Shown here one piece after another: positions 1 through 9,510 of a DNA stretch of 64,000 nt. The notes under the pieces are model-generated. The model saw only the letters and a program-made list of their open reading frames with translations. It ran no database searches and was not told the origin of the DNA. A program made the position numbers and the translations under genes. Every line of letters begins with the position of its first letter. Position 1 is the first letter of the stretch. The DNA is from a virus (taxonomy: Duplodnaviria; Caudoviricetes), in IMG/VR virus record IMGVR_UViG_2974638963_000001, positions 1 through 64,000 of that record; one strand, written 5' to 3'.

Positions 1-62
1 GTGCAATAGGGGTGGGGGCTTGGGCTAGTCTCCGAACCGCCCCCTATTGTATCACGGTTGCT

Positions 63-317
63 TTAGTTTGTCAACGGTTGCATACTCAAAAGATTTGTAA
101 AGTTTTGTAAGATAATTCTCAAAGCTAGGTCTTTACTATTGGGGCTACCATCTGCCAAAGCACTTGATGCTATATCTGTAATGGCATCAGCCGCTACCCG
201 ATTAATAACTAAGTAACCTTTAGCATTTAATTCTGCTACTAATTGATTAAGTTGTTCTTGGCTCATTTCTTTGTTAGGGCTTAATTCGATAACGTTTGAC
301 ATAATGACCTCACACAA
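63..317 (-). CDS. hypothetical pre-early protein
   Basis: 84 aa ORF co-oriented with dmp; true start may be the second Met after GAGG. Confidence 0.6.
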   Translation of the reverse strand: MCEVIMSNVIELSPNKEMSQEQLNQLVAELNAKGYLVINRVAADAITDIASSALADGSPNSKDLALRIILQNFTNLLSMQPLTN

Positions 318-398
318 TTTAAGAATATTGATATTAGCTGGTTAACGTCTAACTAAGTAACTAACTAGGGCTAACCAACTAATAGAGATTATATCAAA

Positions 399-1133
399 CT
401 AGGCAGAAATAGCAACCAGTTTATTAAACTTACTGCTTAAATAGTCTCTTTCTTCCTGAGTATAACTACACCATGCCGTTTCGATATGTTCCGCTAATGC
501 TTCTGGGTCGTGCAGTTCTTCCATCACTTGATCAATGAATTGTTCACCAGCCATGCGATACCCAACGTTTAACACGTCATTAACAAGCGTAGCATCTACA
601 ACTTGAAAGCCCATTTCACGAGCAACAGATAACACGCCTTGATGATCATCGTATACAGTGATAACAGCGTTTGGATACATAGCTTGTAAGATCTCAAAGT
701 ATTTGCGTTTGTATTCAGCATCACGGCTGTAATAAACGTCTTTGATATCTTCAAGGGCAAAATAACGGGCTAAGGTAGTTCTACTCATGATACTGGCGGC
801 TTGCGGCTTATTGGTTATTAATCCTTGTTTGCGTAGGTAGTAATAATCGGATTTGTACATTGTTCTGGCTGTTACTATAATATTATGAGTATCACCTTTG
901 TTAATATTCTCTTTCATGACAGCCGCTAGAGGTAACAAGGTATCAGCTTGTACTAGCTCATGAGTACAAGCGTTTTGAATATATCCAGTTAAATCTAGGT
1001 TGCCAGTAGCTTCATCTAGGTATGGTCTAACACGATGAAAGCTATTTATTACAGTGCCGTCAAGGTCAAAGATATTAAGAAACTTGATATCATTAAATAC
1101 TCGTGTTTGTTGCATGGTTGTTACCTCTCGCAT
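399..1133 (-). CDS. dmp: deoxynucleoside-5'-monophosphatase (HAD family)
   Basis: FDLDGT and YDD HAD motifs, 244 aa, left-end position as in T5. Confidence 0.85.
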   Translation of the reverse strand: MREVTTMQQTRVFNDIKFLNIFDLDGTVINSFHRVRPYLDEATGNLDLTGYIQNACTHELVQADTLLPLAAVMKENINKGDTHNIIVTARTMYKSDYYYLRKQGLITNKPQAASIMSRTTLARYFALEDIKDVYYSRDAEYKRKYFEILQAMYPNAVITVYDDHQGVLSVAREMGFQVVDATLVNDVLNVGYRMAGEQFIDQVMEELHDPEALAEHIETAWCSYTQEERDYLSSKFNKLVAISA

Positions 1134-1200
1134 TTAAGCGGTTTATTTTGGAGTTGTAAGTATAAAGAAAGCCCCTGAATATATCAAGGGCTTAACAGTG

Positions 1201-1665
1201 TTATTCTTCAGTGAACAAAGCAGGCTGAACAGGATTAATAAAAGTTACTTTAATTTTGTAAGGGCTTTCGCTTCTAGCATTAATAGGTGATACTAGCACT
1301 TGCCAGCCAGCTTCTACAAAGTCCGCTAGGTCTGAGAATAGAAAATCGCTCTCTGTCATTAACACAATAACTTCGGTTACATCTACCTTGCTTGTATCAA
1401 TATCAATAAAGGAGTAATAATCCTCTAATGATTTTGCAACGTTTTCTATATGTTGGGTAGGCAAGCCACCCGTTACACCTTCCGCAATATCGCCAAAGAT
1501 GCGAGGTAAAGCCGACTCGATAGCAGTCGCAACGCTTGCCGCTTCTTGGTCGTTGTTGATCAAGCCTTTACCATAACGAATAATTGAGCCGTCAACAATG
1601 TTAACATTCTCAATAGCCCCGTTGTCAAAAGTTTTGCCGTTTGAGTATACAGTGATCATTTTCAT
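1201..1665 (-). CDS. hypothetical pre-early protein
   Basis: 154 aa ORF between dmp and A1, followed by a hairpin. Confidence 0.7.
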   Translation of the reverse strand: MKMITVYSNGKTFDNGAIENVNIVDGSIIRYGKGLINNDQEAASVATAIESALPRIFGDIAEGVTGGLPTQHIENVAKSLEDYYSFIDIDTSKVDVTEVIVLMTESDFLFSDLADFVEAGWQVLVSPINARSESPYKIKVTFINPVQPALFTEE

Positions 1666-1801
1666 GGTTATTCTCTCTTATAGGTTAGCCCCTATTTATT
1701 TAGGGGCTTTAAGGTTTATTTGTTTTTAGTTAACAAGATATAACAAGTTGTTAACAACGTGCCAGCGCAGCCAGCTAGAAATAGAGGGGCTAAATCAATC
1801 A

Positions 1802-3565
1802 TTATGCGCGGTATTTCCCGTCTGTGATACGCACTAATTGACGCTGACCGTTGTTATAGGTAATCAAGTGCGTTTGAGTCCAGCTAGAAGCCCCGATATT
1901 ATAGCCCATATCTAATGAGCCAGCAACGCCAGCAGTGTAACATAAGCCGTTAACGCTTGCACTATGAGTGTGACCAGTGTTTAAGCGTCCTAACTTCGCA
2001 AACTGTTTAGGATTCCCCCGTGAGCCATTAGCCCCAACATGACCATGACAGCCCATTTCTACGCCAGCGACCTTGAAAGATTCATCAACAACTAGGAAAC
2101 GAATCTGATTAGCATTTTCTAACTTAGCTATCTTTTTCAAGCCCACTTCTAGGGCATTCCAGCCGCTTGCGGATTTATGTTCCGCAATATGGCGATATTT
2201 ATCAAGGTTCATCTCATGATAAAGAATAGCATTAGCAGGATCTAGCCCTATATTAACATCCCATGCTTTGAGCCAGTTGGCTAGAGCTAAATCATGATTG
2301 GACTCAACCACAATGATTTCACTGAATGGGCGCATGATATCGCGGAAAATGTTAGCCGTATCAATGAGATCTTGTTTAACGCTTTCTTGCCCTAAGTAGT
2401 AACGCTCCGCAATAAAATCATAATCACGTCTATTGTGATGATTTCGGCTTGTAAAGTCGTGGCTATCATGACAGATAGTAAACTTAGGTTTTAACAAGTC
2501 AATCATCGACGGGTAGCCATGCAAGCCAGCACCCCATGAACAAGCCGCTACAACATGATCAATCTTTTCTGCATGAAGATCACCGAACTGTAAAGCAGAA
2601 ACATGATTTTCAGCTCTAAACACTTGATCACTTGTTACATAAGTATCAAGATCATAAAACGAGCCATCATCATTCATGCACTGTAAATGGCGTATAAATG
2701 GCGTGTCATTATCGTCGAACTCAACTAAGATTGCACCATAGCAATGCAATGATTCTGCTTTCTGACCAGCTAGGCGCTGAATATAATTTCGATGTGTGAC
2801 CGTCCCCGTTGTAGTTAACTCTCTAACTAGCTCACCTTTAAGAGCAGGGATATTAAACATTTGATACTTGGCAGCAGGTACAACCGCATGATGATTGCCT
2901 ATAATGCTTTCAATGCCTGTTAATGGGTTAATAGCAGTAGGGGAAATGCATAAAGCACCTAAGAAAGATACTTTCTTACTTTCGCCTAGAAACACGTTTT
3001 CCTCAACAAAATATGGGGTTAATTCTGGCGCATACCACAATGAATCATCTTGCGCGGTCGGATTCGCAAAGCCTTTCTTGTTATATGCAAACTTAGAAAT
3101 GATTAATTCAGCTCCTAAATACTCTGCATACGTTTCTAAGGATTTCAAGAAAGGCACGTTAACAGAAGTATTATTTTGCGCGGTTGTCAAAATAAATGCT
3201 TTACCTGATTTAACTTGCCATTTTGATTGAGCAGGTTTTAGAGAGCCACCATATACAGGCAAATCAGGGTTATCAGCTTTACGGGCTTTAGCCTTTGTTA
3301 TTGGCTTGTTCTCGTCTAGCCATACTCTAAGCGCAGCCGTGAATTCTGGTTTAATAGCTTGCTCACCGTCCTCATTGTCATACGCTAGATTTTCCGCTAT
3401 AACATCGACTAAAGTAGACAGCGCAAACGCTTCGTTTGCCGTTTTATCTTTTACGGATTCTAGGCGTTTTCCGTAGTAATTAACACCTTTAGCGCATTCT
3501 AGCAGGTCAGCCGCCAGATTTTTATCTGCTAATAGGTCTGAAATAGTTTTTAAAATGGGATTCAT
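1802..3565 (-). CDS. A1: A1 protein (host DNA degradation / second-step transfer; metallophosphoesterase-like)
   Basis: GDLH, SNHD, HGH, GHTHS motifs; size and T5 synteny. Confidence 0.85.
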   Translation of the reverse strand: MNPILKTISDLLADKNLAADLLECAKGVNYYGKRLESVKDKTANEAFALSTLVDVIAENLAYDNEDGEQAIKPEFTAALRVWLDENKPITKAKARKADNPDLPVYGGSLKPAQSKWQVKSGKAFILTTAQNNTSVNVPFLKSLETYAEYLGAELIISKFAYNKKGFANPTAQDDSLWYAPELTPYFVEENVFLGESKKVSFLGALCISPTAINPLTGIESIIGNHHAVVPAAKYQMFNIPALKGELVRELTTTGTVTHRNYIQRLAGQKAESLHCYGAILVEFDDNDTPFIRHLQCMNDDGSFYDLDTYVTSDQVFRAENHVSALQFGDLHAEKIDHVVAACSWGAGLHGYPSMIDLLKPKFTICHDSHDFTSRNHHNRRDYDFIAERYYLGQESVKQDLIDTANIFRDIMRPFSEIIVVESNHDLALANWLKAWDVNIGLDPANAILYHEMNLDKYRHIAEHKSASGWNALEVGLKKIAKLENANQIRFLVVDESFKVAGVEMGCHGHVGANGSRGNPKQFAKLGRLNTGHTHSASVNGLCYTAGVAGSLDMGYNIGASSWTQTHLITYNNGQRQLVRITDGKYRA

Positions 3566-3640
3566 TTATATAGCTCCTAATTAAAGGGTTTTAGTGGTAA
3601 CGAACTAGCCACCTCCGAAAAGGTGACTAGGGCGGATCAC

Positions 3641-4105
3641 TTATAGGCGGTCAATGCCATTTTCTTCCATAATGCCCTGTAATACATCATCAGGGCATAC
3701 CTTTTTAACAATCATAATGATTGTATCAAGGTTGGCTTTTTCAAGACTAGCCCAATCATCTTTTTCTTGGTCGTTGTCGGACATATCACGCTGAAGGGCA
3801 CGAATCAGAGTGATTTTTTGTAATTTCTTACCGCCGCCAACTGGCTGCTTTACTTCAAGGGCACGATAAATTTTGTTACCGTTTTCATCTTTAGAAGATG
3901 ATAACTTAGTACGGACAGCCGTAGCCGTGTATGTTTCACCATCACCGCTAATTTGTTCACCGATGGATGCTAGATTATCGACAGCGTTTGCCGATGCAAT
4001 TTCTTCGTCGGTCGGTTCAGCAGGGTTAACAAATGCCGCTAAATATAAGTTGATAGCTTTTGCGGTTACTTCTTCATTCCAGCGTTTTTTAGATGGAGTA
4101 GACAT
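3641..4105 (-). CDS. A2: A2-like DNA-binding second-step transfer protein
   Basis: 154 aa directly upstream of A1; AVRTKL..Y and SLEKANL segments resemble T5 A2. Confidence 0.65.
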   Translation of the reverse strand: MSTPSKKRWNEEVTAKAINLYLAAFVNPAEPTDEEIASANAVDNLASIGEQISGDGETYTATAVRTKLSSSKDENGNKIYRALEVKQPVGGGKKLQKITLIRALQRDMSDNDQEKDDWASLEKANLDTIIMIVKKVCPDDVLQGIMEENGIDRL

Positions 4106-4304
4106 AATTTAATACCTCATTTTTCATGGTTTAAGTTTAAGTTATACACTTCTCATTAGTGTATTATGAATAGAGCCTGTCTGTCAAGCCCTATTAATTA
4201 CACTATCAAGAGGAGTCTAAGCAATGGCAACTGCTTAATGAAGCCCTGAATTTCAAGGCTTGTTTAAGCATCCAATCTTAGCTATTTCACCGTGTTTTCC
4301 GTAT

Positions 4305-4316
4305 TGTTAAAGAGCG
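4305..4316 (-). promoter_or_regulatory. boxA (NusB/NusE site) preceded by a GCAA-tetraloop boxB-like hairpin (4318-4333)
   Basis: CGCTCTTTAACA on minus strand just after a sigma70 promoter. Confidence 0.7.
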
Positions 4317-4342
4317 TGGTTAGTTGCCTAACCTTTGAATCT

Positions 4343-4371
4343 ATCTTATATCAGCCGCCTGATTTTGTCAA
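4343..4371 (-). promoter_or_regulatory. sigma70 pre-early promoter
   Basis: TTGACA-17-TAAGAT. Confidence 0.8.
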
Positions 4372-4375
4372 GCGT

Positions 4376-4675
4376 TTATTTCCAAATACTTCTATTAATG
4401 CTTTGTTGCGATTCTATCGTTTCTACAACCTGAATCACTATGCCTAGATTATGCCATGCTTCGCTTGCCTTGTCAAACAGTTTTTTATCACCGTCGAAAT
4501 ACTGATCTAGCGTAGCCTTGTAAGCGTTGCGAATTATCTTAGCTTCTTTCCTTAGCCTTGTCAAGTCGATTCTATGATCTATTCTCTCGGTCAATGCTTC
4601 GTTTGCCGTAATGCCCTGAGAAGCTACTAGAGTGCATAATACTTGATTAAAAGATTGTTTTGCCATATTTGCCAT
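4376..4675 (-). CDS. hypothetical pre-early protein
   Basis: 99 aa ORF with GAGGA RBS. Confidence 0.7.
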   Translation of the reverse strand: MANMAKQSFNQVLCTLVASQGITANEALTERIDHRIDLTRLRKEAKIIRNAYKATLDQYFDGDKKLFDKASEAWHNLGIVIQVVETIESQQSINRSIWK

Positions 4676-4714
4676 TCCTCAATAGTTAGGTTAGGCGGCT
4701 GATATAAGTTAGAT

Positions 4715-4726
4715 TGTTAAAGAGCG
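4715..4726 (-). promoter_or_regulatory. boxA
   Basis: CGCTCTTTAACA downstream of promoter. Confidence 0.7.
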
Positions 4727-4742
4727 TGTTTCTATGGTTAGT

Positions 4743-4771
4743 ATCTTAAAGCCTAGTATTGTTTTTGTCAA
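4743..4771 (-). promoter_or_regulatory. sigma70 pre-early promoter
   Basis: TTGACA-17-TAAGAT. Confidence 0.8.
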
Positions 4772-5113
4772 CTATTTATTTGTGTACTGCATAACATTTT
4801 CTATATATACGATTCTAACCGCTATATATAAGCAACGATAGAAGCGCAAGGCTAATTGATCTTTTGCTATCCCGTAGTGAATAGGCATTTTTGACGCTTC
4901 GGGAAATTTTTCTTCTAGATCTGATAATAGGCGAGTTAATGAAGCCCATTTAACAGAACCATTATCAAGCCCTTTTTCAAGATCTAACATGATGCAAGTT
5001 GCTACCTTATCGATATCATTTCTAACCACTATAGGAAATGATAATAATTCTAGTATTAACTGTAATGTATCATTGCTTAAAAAGGTTGCTTTAATCTTTC
5101 TTGCTTTTGCCAT
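4772..5113 (-). CDS. hypothetical pre-early protein
   Basis: 113 aa ORF with GGAG RBS. Confidence 0.7.
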   Translation of the reverse strand: MAKARKIKATFLSNDTLQLILELLSFPIVVRNDIDKVATCIMLDLEKGLDNGSVKWASLTRLLSDLEEKFPEASKMPIHYGIAKDQLALRFYRCLYIAVRIVYIENVMQYTNK

Positions 5114-5162
5114 TTGTATTTACTCCGATAGTATATACTAGGCTTTAAGATACTAACCGTAT

Positions 5163-5174
5163 TTTTAAAGAGCG
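5163..5174 (-). promoter_or_regulatory. boxA
   Basis: CGCTCTTTAAAA, third copy. Confidence 0.6.
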
Positions 5175-5467
5175 TTACTACTAGGAACTTATCCAGTTAT
5201 TCATATGCCACTGGCGGCTACTTCGTGGGCTTTCCTTGCCTTGTTCCTTACTATGTGACTAAGTATACATGAGCCAATTTAAAAAGCAACTATTATTTTT
5301 AATTATTTTGCTGGCGGTAGTGTATAAGGAAACGGGCGCGTGATTATACACAAGTTAACTAGGAAGTAAAGAAAATTACTTATTAAAAAGATACAAAAAG
5401 AGCTTGCATTTAACAACCGTGGTGCTAATATATATCTCATCGAAAGGCAAACAAAGGAGGTAGCAAA

Positions 5468-6547
5468 ATGACCGTCAAGGCACTTAAAAGCAATCGAGCG
5501 ATAGCTCGAAGCGGTCACATTAACACAATTGAGCAATTAAGACAATCAGACGTTGGGGGTTTTCCATCAACTAGTATTGTTAGACGAGCTACGCCTAGGC
5601 AGCTTAATAATATAATGCATACGGCAGGGAGTACAGAACAATCTGTATTAACTCCTTTAAGTAGTCAAAGTGCGTATAAACATATTAAAAATTTGCTTGA
5701 TTTACTTGTTTCCGGTGTGGTAGAATACATTACAATCTACTCGCCAGATGGTACGTTAATAAGTGATCACTATTATTCTACACGTCGATCTATGGAGGAG
5801 GATTGCGATACCGCCTACTCTAAGGCTAAGGACGATTTACTAATCTTAGCTAAATCTAGTAATGGCATCATGTTAACATGGGGTAGCTATGACGCTAGAA
5901 AGTCGGCAGGTGTGGGCGTCAAGGTAGAGTGTGAGGTTTTCAATCAAAATGATAGCCTATTTGACGTTATCTATGATATATTTAACCATGCTAACTATAA
6001 CGATTTAATTGACGTGGATTTATCCGATAAGCTACGCAATCAGGGCGTTATTATACAGGGTCATACAGTTAGCGAGAACAAGTATACACAAGTAATTATA
6101 GAGGAATTTTTAAAATCATCTATAAGCGAAGCTGGCGAAACAGCAGAGCAACCAATCGAAACCAAAGAGGAAACTAGCAAAATGAAAACAACATTCAGCA
6201 CTATCTTAGCAGAAAACAAAGCAGCAGCAATCAACGCTGGCGAAATGGAAACGGGGCGTTTAGTCGTTAATCGTATTGTGGCAGTCGTTAAAAAGCGTGC
6301 TCCGCTAATGGTTAAAGGGTACATTGATACACCAGTGGGGCGCATTGCCGTAGCAAATTTATTTGCCGCTTTAGTGCGAGAATATCTACCTGATAACGCA
6401 CTGGCAGGACGTGCGGCAGACGGGGCGGTGAAGTCGGCAGCTTATGAAGTATTGCGTGATATTGATATACCAGCAATTCTAGAAGAAGTATTGGCAGGAT
6501 TCAAAGACGCTGAGCCAGCAGCAGCAAGCGAAAAGATCGCACTGTAA
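5468..6547 (+). CDS. hypothetical pre-early protein
   Basis: 359 aa, AAGGAGGT RBS, first gene of the rightward pre-early unit; possible internal start at 6182. Confidence 0.8.
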   Translation: MTVKALKSNRAIARSGHINTIEQLRQSDVGGFPSTSIVRRATPRQLNNIMHTAGSTEQSVLTPLSSQSAYKHIKNLLDLLVSGVVEYITIYSPDGTLISDHYYSTRRSMEEDCDTAYSKAKDDLLILAKSSNGIMLTWGSYDARKSAGVGVKVECEVFNQNDSLFDVIYDIFNHANYNDLIDVDLSDKLRNQGVIIQGHTVSENKYTQVIIEEFLKSSISEAGETAEQPIETKEETSKMKTTFSTILAENKAAAINAGEMETGRLVVNRIVAVVKKRAPLMVKGYIDTPVGRIAVANLFAALVREYLPDNALAGRAADGAVKSAAYEVLRDIDIPAILEEVLAGFKDAEPAAASEKIAL

Positions 6548-6595
6548 TTTGATGGTAGGGGCTAGAACTTAGCCCCTAATTAAAGAGGTGATACA

Positions 6596-6997
6596 ATGGC
6601 AAAAGTTATAAATTTTGAGTGTGTACACGTCTTAAATATCCGTACAACGGGGCAAGCGTTAACATGGGAGAGCGCACTAGAACAGATTAGTAAGTGTACT
6701 AAATGCCAATATGTTACTGTTACATTAGGTCGCTTGGTTTTCCGTATTGACTGGCTAATACTGGCTAGCATTTACGAATCTTTACAATTAAATATGCCGT
6801 TTAGTGTTGCGGTAGGGGGCGAAGTCTGGTATATTGAACAATATCAGGACGTGGAACAATTGTTTTATAACGTTTCTGTAAGCCGTCTTTTTATGAAAGA
6901 GGGAGTAGCTTATTATGTGGGCGATATTATCGGGCTATGTGGAAAAGTTACTAAGGGTCAAGGGATTACGAATCATAGTACTGTTAATTTTAGCTGA
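6596..6997 (+). CDS. hypothetical protein
   Basis: 133 aa, GAGGT RBS. Confidence 0.7.
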   Translation: MAKVINFECVHVLNIRTTGQALTWESALEQISKCTKCQYVTVTLGRLVFRIDWLILASIYESLQLNMPFSVAVGGEVWYIEQYQDVEQLFYNVSVSRLFMKEGVAYYVGDIIGLCGKVTKGQGITNHSTVNFS

Positions 6998-7472
6998 ACT
7001 ATTATATCGTGTTTTCTTTGAATCTAAGTATTACTTTTATACGCTCCAATGACTATATTTAAAGTGTTACTAGTTAGCGGCTGTATATGTATAGTTTGGC
7101 ATTTACTAGCCCATTGGCTAGATAATAGACGATTAAAACGTATGGGTAAAGGATGATATCTAACCTATAGGGGGGTTAAAATGTGGGATCTATTTCTATC
7201 CCCCAATGGGGATTTAAACTGGCTTTCTTTGTTGCTGGCGGCTGTATGCACTATAGCTATTCTAGTGATCTTTGATGATAACGAGCCGTTACTATAGGGG
7301 CTTTATATGAAGTGTGACAAGGTAGGCGTATATTGCAACATTCTAGCGGCTGGCATCTTTGGGTTAATGATTTTATCATGTATCTTAAAGTAATTCTTTA
7401 TATGTTGGCTATTTTATGCCCTGTGTTCGGGGCTTCAAGCGGCTTAATGTGGTTAATGACTATATTAGCAGG

Positions 7473-7877
7473 ATAGCACAAAAAGCTAAAACAATTTAAT
7501 CTAGGTAGGGTAATATAGCCCTACTAACACAAAACGAGGGTTTAAACATGGAAAAATTAAAACTGGCATTCCCTACTGCATTTTCTGAGCTAGTTGAATG
7601 CTTTGGGGAAAAGCAAGCTGAAATTGAGCTTGAGAAGTTAGTCGAGCGTCAAAAGATTAACCCTAAGTTAGATTTAGAAGATAAACCGCTTCTAGCTGCT
7701 TTTGTGTGGGAAGAAACGGAACAGGGTCATGAATACTGGCGAGAGCTTCTATACTCAAAAGATTTATTGCCACCACTGTTTTATTTTCTGTCCGACTCTA
7801 GTCATACAGACGACGAATAGCACAAAAAGCTAAAACAAATTAATCTAGGTAGGGTAATATAGCCCTACCAACACAAA
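7473..7877 (+). repeat. ~60 bp direct repeat (7473-7533 and 7817-7877) preceding two paralogous ORFs
   Basis: ATAGCACAAAAAGCTAAAACAAWTTAATCTAGGTAGGGTAATATAGCCCTACYAACACAAA twice. Confidence 0.9.
7548..7820 (+). CDS. hypothetical protein (paralog of next ORF)
   Basis: AFVWEETEQGHEYW motif. Confidence 0.75.
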   Translation: MEKLKLAFPTAFSELVECFGEKQAEIELEKLVERQKINPKLDLEDKPLLAAFVWEETEQGHEYWRELLYSKDLLPPLFYFLSDSSHTDDE

Positions 7878-7906
7878 TAAACCAATGATTTGAGAGGTAG
7901 TAAAAA

Positions 7907-8335
7907 ATGACCATTATCCAACGTATGCCTAAATTTGTTTCTACTATGGTAGCAGTATTTGACGGGGACGCAGACCTTGCAGCGCAGATCATTAACGAGT
8001 TAGAAGCGGCAGGGGTAGAATTCGCAGAAAAAGATTGTGTTAGCTTGGGCGCGGCTTTTGATTGGCAGCAATCCCCGCAAGGTCGGGAGTATTGGGATAT
8101 GATGGACGATAAAGCGGAGCAGGTACTAGGCGAAGATTACCGCTTGCCAGACTTTCAAGAGTGCGGTTGTCCAGCTTGTCAGATGACCGTTAAATTAGGC
8201 GGCACAATTGATGCAATCATGGTTGTAGGATCGCTGGGCTTGCTAGTAGAGGCTATTCCTGAGCCAATGATCAAAGATATGGTAACTCGTGCTAAGGAAG
8301 ATCGCCTTAAAGAAAGAGCAGGGCGCACGCACTAA
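7907..8335 (+). CDS. hypothetical protein
   Basis: AFDWQQSPQGREYW motif and CGCPAC. Confidence 0.75.
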   Translation: MTIIQRMPKFVSTMVAVFDGDADLAAQIINELEAAGVEFAEKDCVSLGAAFDWQQSPQGREYWDMMDDKAEQVLGEDYRLPDFQECGCPACQMTVKLGGTIDAIMVVGSLGLLVEAIPEPMIKDMVTRAKEDRLKERAGRTH

Positions 8336-8578
8336 CACTAATAAAAGCCCCCTGAACCAATAGGGGGCGTTTAAGGAGAAGTTATAATGATTATTTTTAC
8401 TTTGTGGGGCGTCATTCAGTGGGCTACTTTAGTCTATATATTGGTTACTCCGTATATTTTAGAAGCGGTTGTAACTCAACAATTAGCAGGCTTATAATAT
8501 TTGACTAGCTTATGCTCTTATGATACATTAAGAGCATAGACGAGTTAAATTAAACCGTAAATAATCGAGGATATCAAA

Positions 8579-8848
8579 ATGAAATTAACTAAATTGGTGT
8601 TAGCTACTTTGGTGTTAGGCTTGGCAGGTTGCGCGACTACTGGCGAAAAACCAGCTATAACCCCTAAAACGTGTATAGGCATCATGGAGGTTTCAACCAT
8701 GAATAAAACCTACTCGGTGGACTTGAAAGCCGTCAAAACTAACAAGTATGGCGAAACGTTCTATCAGGTTAAAGGCTACAATCCATTTGTAGGCGGGGCA
8801 GGTTGGGTTCGTGAAGATGCTTTTCAGTCTGTAATGTGTGATGAATGA
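8579..8848 (+). CDS. lipoprotein, Cor-like superinfection-exclusion candidate
   Basis: LAGC lipobox, second Cys pair, Y-S-V...GWV...C pattern reminiscent of Cor. Confidence 0.55.
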   Translation: MKLTKLVLATLVLGLAGCATTGEKPAITPKTCIGIMEVSTMNKTYSVDLKAVKTNKYGETFYQVKGYNPFVGGAGWVREDAFQSVMCDE

Positions 8849-9041
8849 GATCATCTATATTAAACGCTTTATATCCCTATACTGGCACTTTATAGGGGTA
8901 GTGGAAGCGATGCACGAAAAGGCAGTTAGTGAGAATCACCAATACGGGATTGACCTAACTAGACGTAAACTAGACCGCCTTAAAATTGATCTGCTAGGCT
9001 GGCAAGATAAGCTGATGCATGAGATAAAAAATACAAAATAG
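8838..9041 (+). CDS. hypothetical protein
   Basis: 67 aa, overlaps previous stop. Confidence 0.55.
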   Translation: MMNEIIYIKRFISLYWHFIGVVEAMHEKAVSENHQYGIDLTRRKLDRLKIDLLGWQDKLMHEIKNTK

Positions 9042-9104
9042 TCATTGACAATATAGCCCTTTCGATGTATATTATATGCATACACCAAACGAGAGGGTTA
9101 CAAA

Positions 9105-9335
9105 ATGATTATTCGTATTTCTGGCATTAACATCAACAACGATTTAGATATGTTTGACGCACTGGCAAGCGCAGGCTATGCAGGGGCACTAGATCGCCTA
9201 GATGATATAACAGCAGAGTTAGACGTGAGAGATTATGCCTTTAGACAACGGGCAGGGATCGAGGAAGCGCAAGTGATGCACCTATTGCGAGAACTTACCG
9301 AGATAGACGGGTTAAAAATATCTATTGGTAACTAA
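9105..9335 (+). CDS. hypothetical protein (last pre-early gene)
   Basis: 76 aa with own promoter (TTGACA at 9045) and RBS. Confidence 0.7.
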   Translation: MIIRISGININNDLDMFDALASAGYAGALDRLDDITAELDVRDYAFRQRAGIEEAQVMHLLRELTEIDGLKISIGN

Positions 9336-9345
9336 CAACCCCAAC

Positions 9346-9372
9346 AGCCTTGCAGAAATGCAGGGCTTTTTT
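9346..9372 (+). terminator. intrinsic terminator ending rightward pre-early transcription
   Basis: AGCCTTGCA-GAAA-TGCAGGGCT followed by T-run. Confidence 0.85.
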
Positions 9373-9485
9373 GTACCCCCAATAAACAAGCCCCTACCTT
9401 ACTACCCCATCAACAATAAAACCTCTCACATTGGCTTACACAGAGCGTCATAATAGACAACCGCATATTGTTCTAAGTCTATAAG

Positions 9486-9501
9486 CTGTATATCTATACA
9501 G
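9486..9501. promoter_or_regulatory. LexA (SOS) box
   Basis: CTGTATATCTATACAG = CTGT-N8-ACAG with AT-alternating core. Confidence 0.8.
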
Positions 9502-9510
9502 GGTCAAAAC

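Noticed and set aside
9458-9473. NrdR box CAACCGCATATTGTTC
   Set aside because: Core positions mismatch and only one copy; too weak without a PWM.
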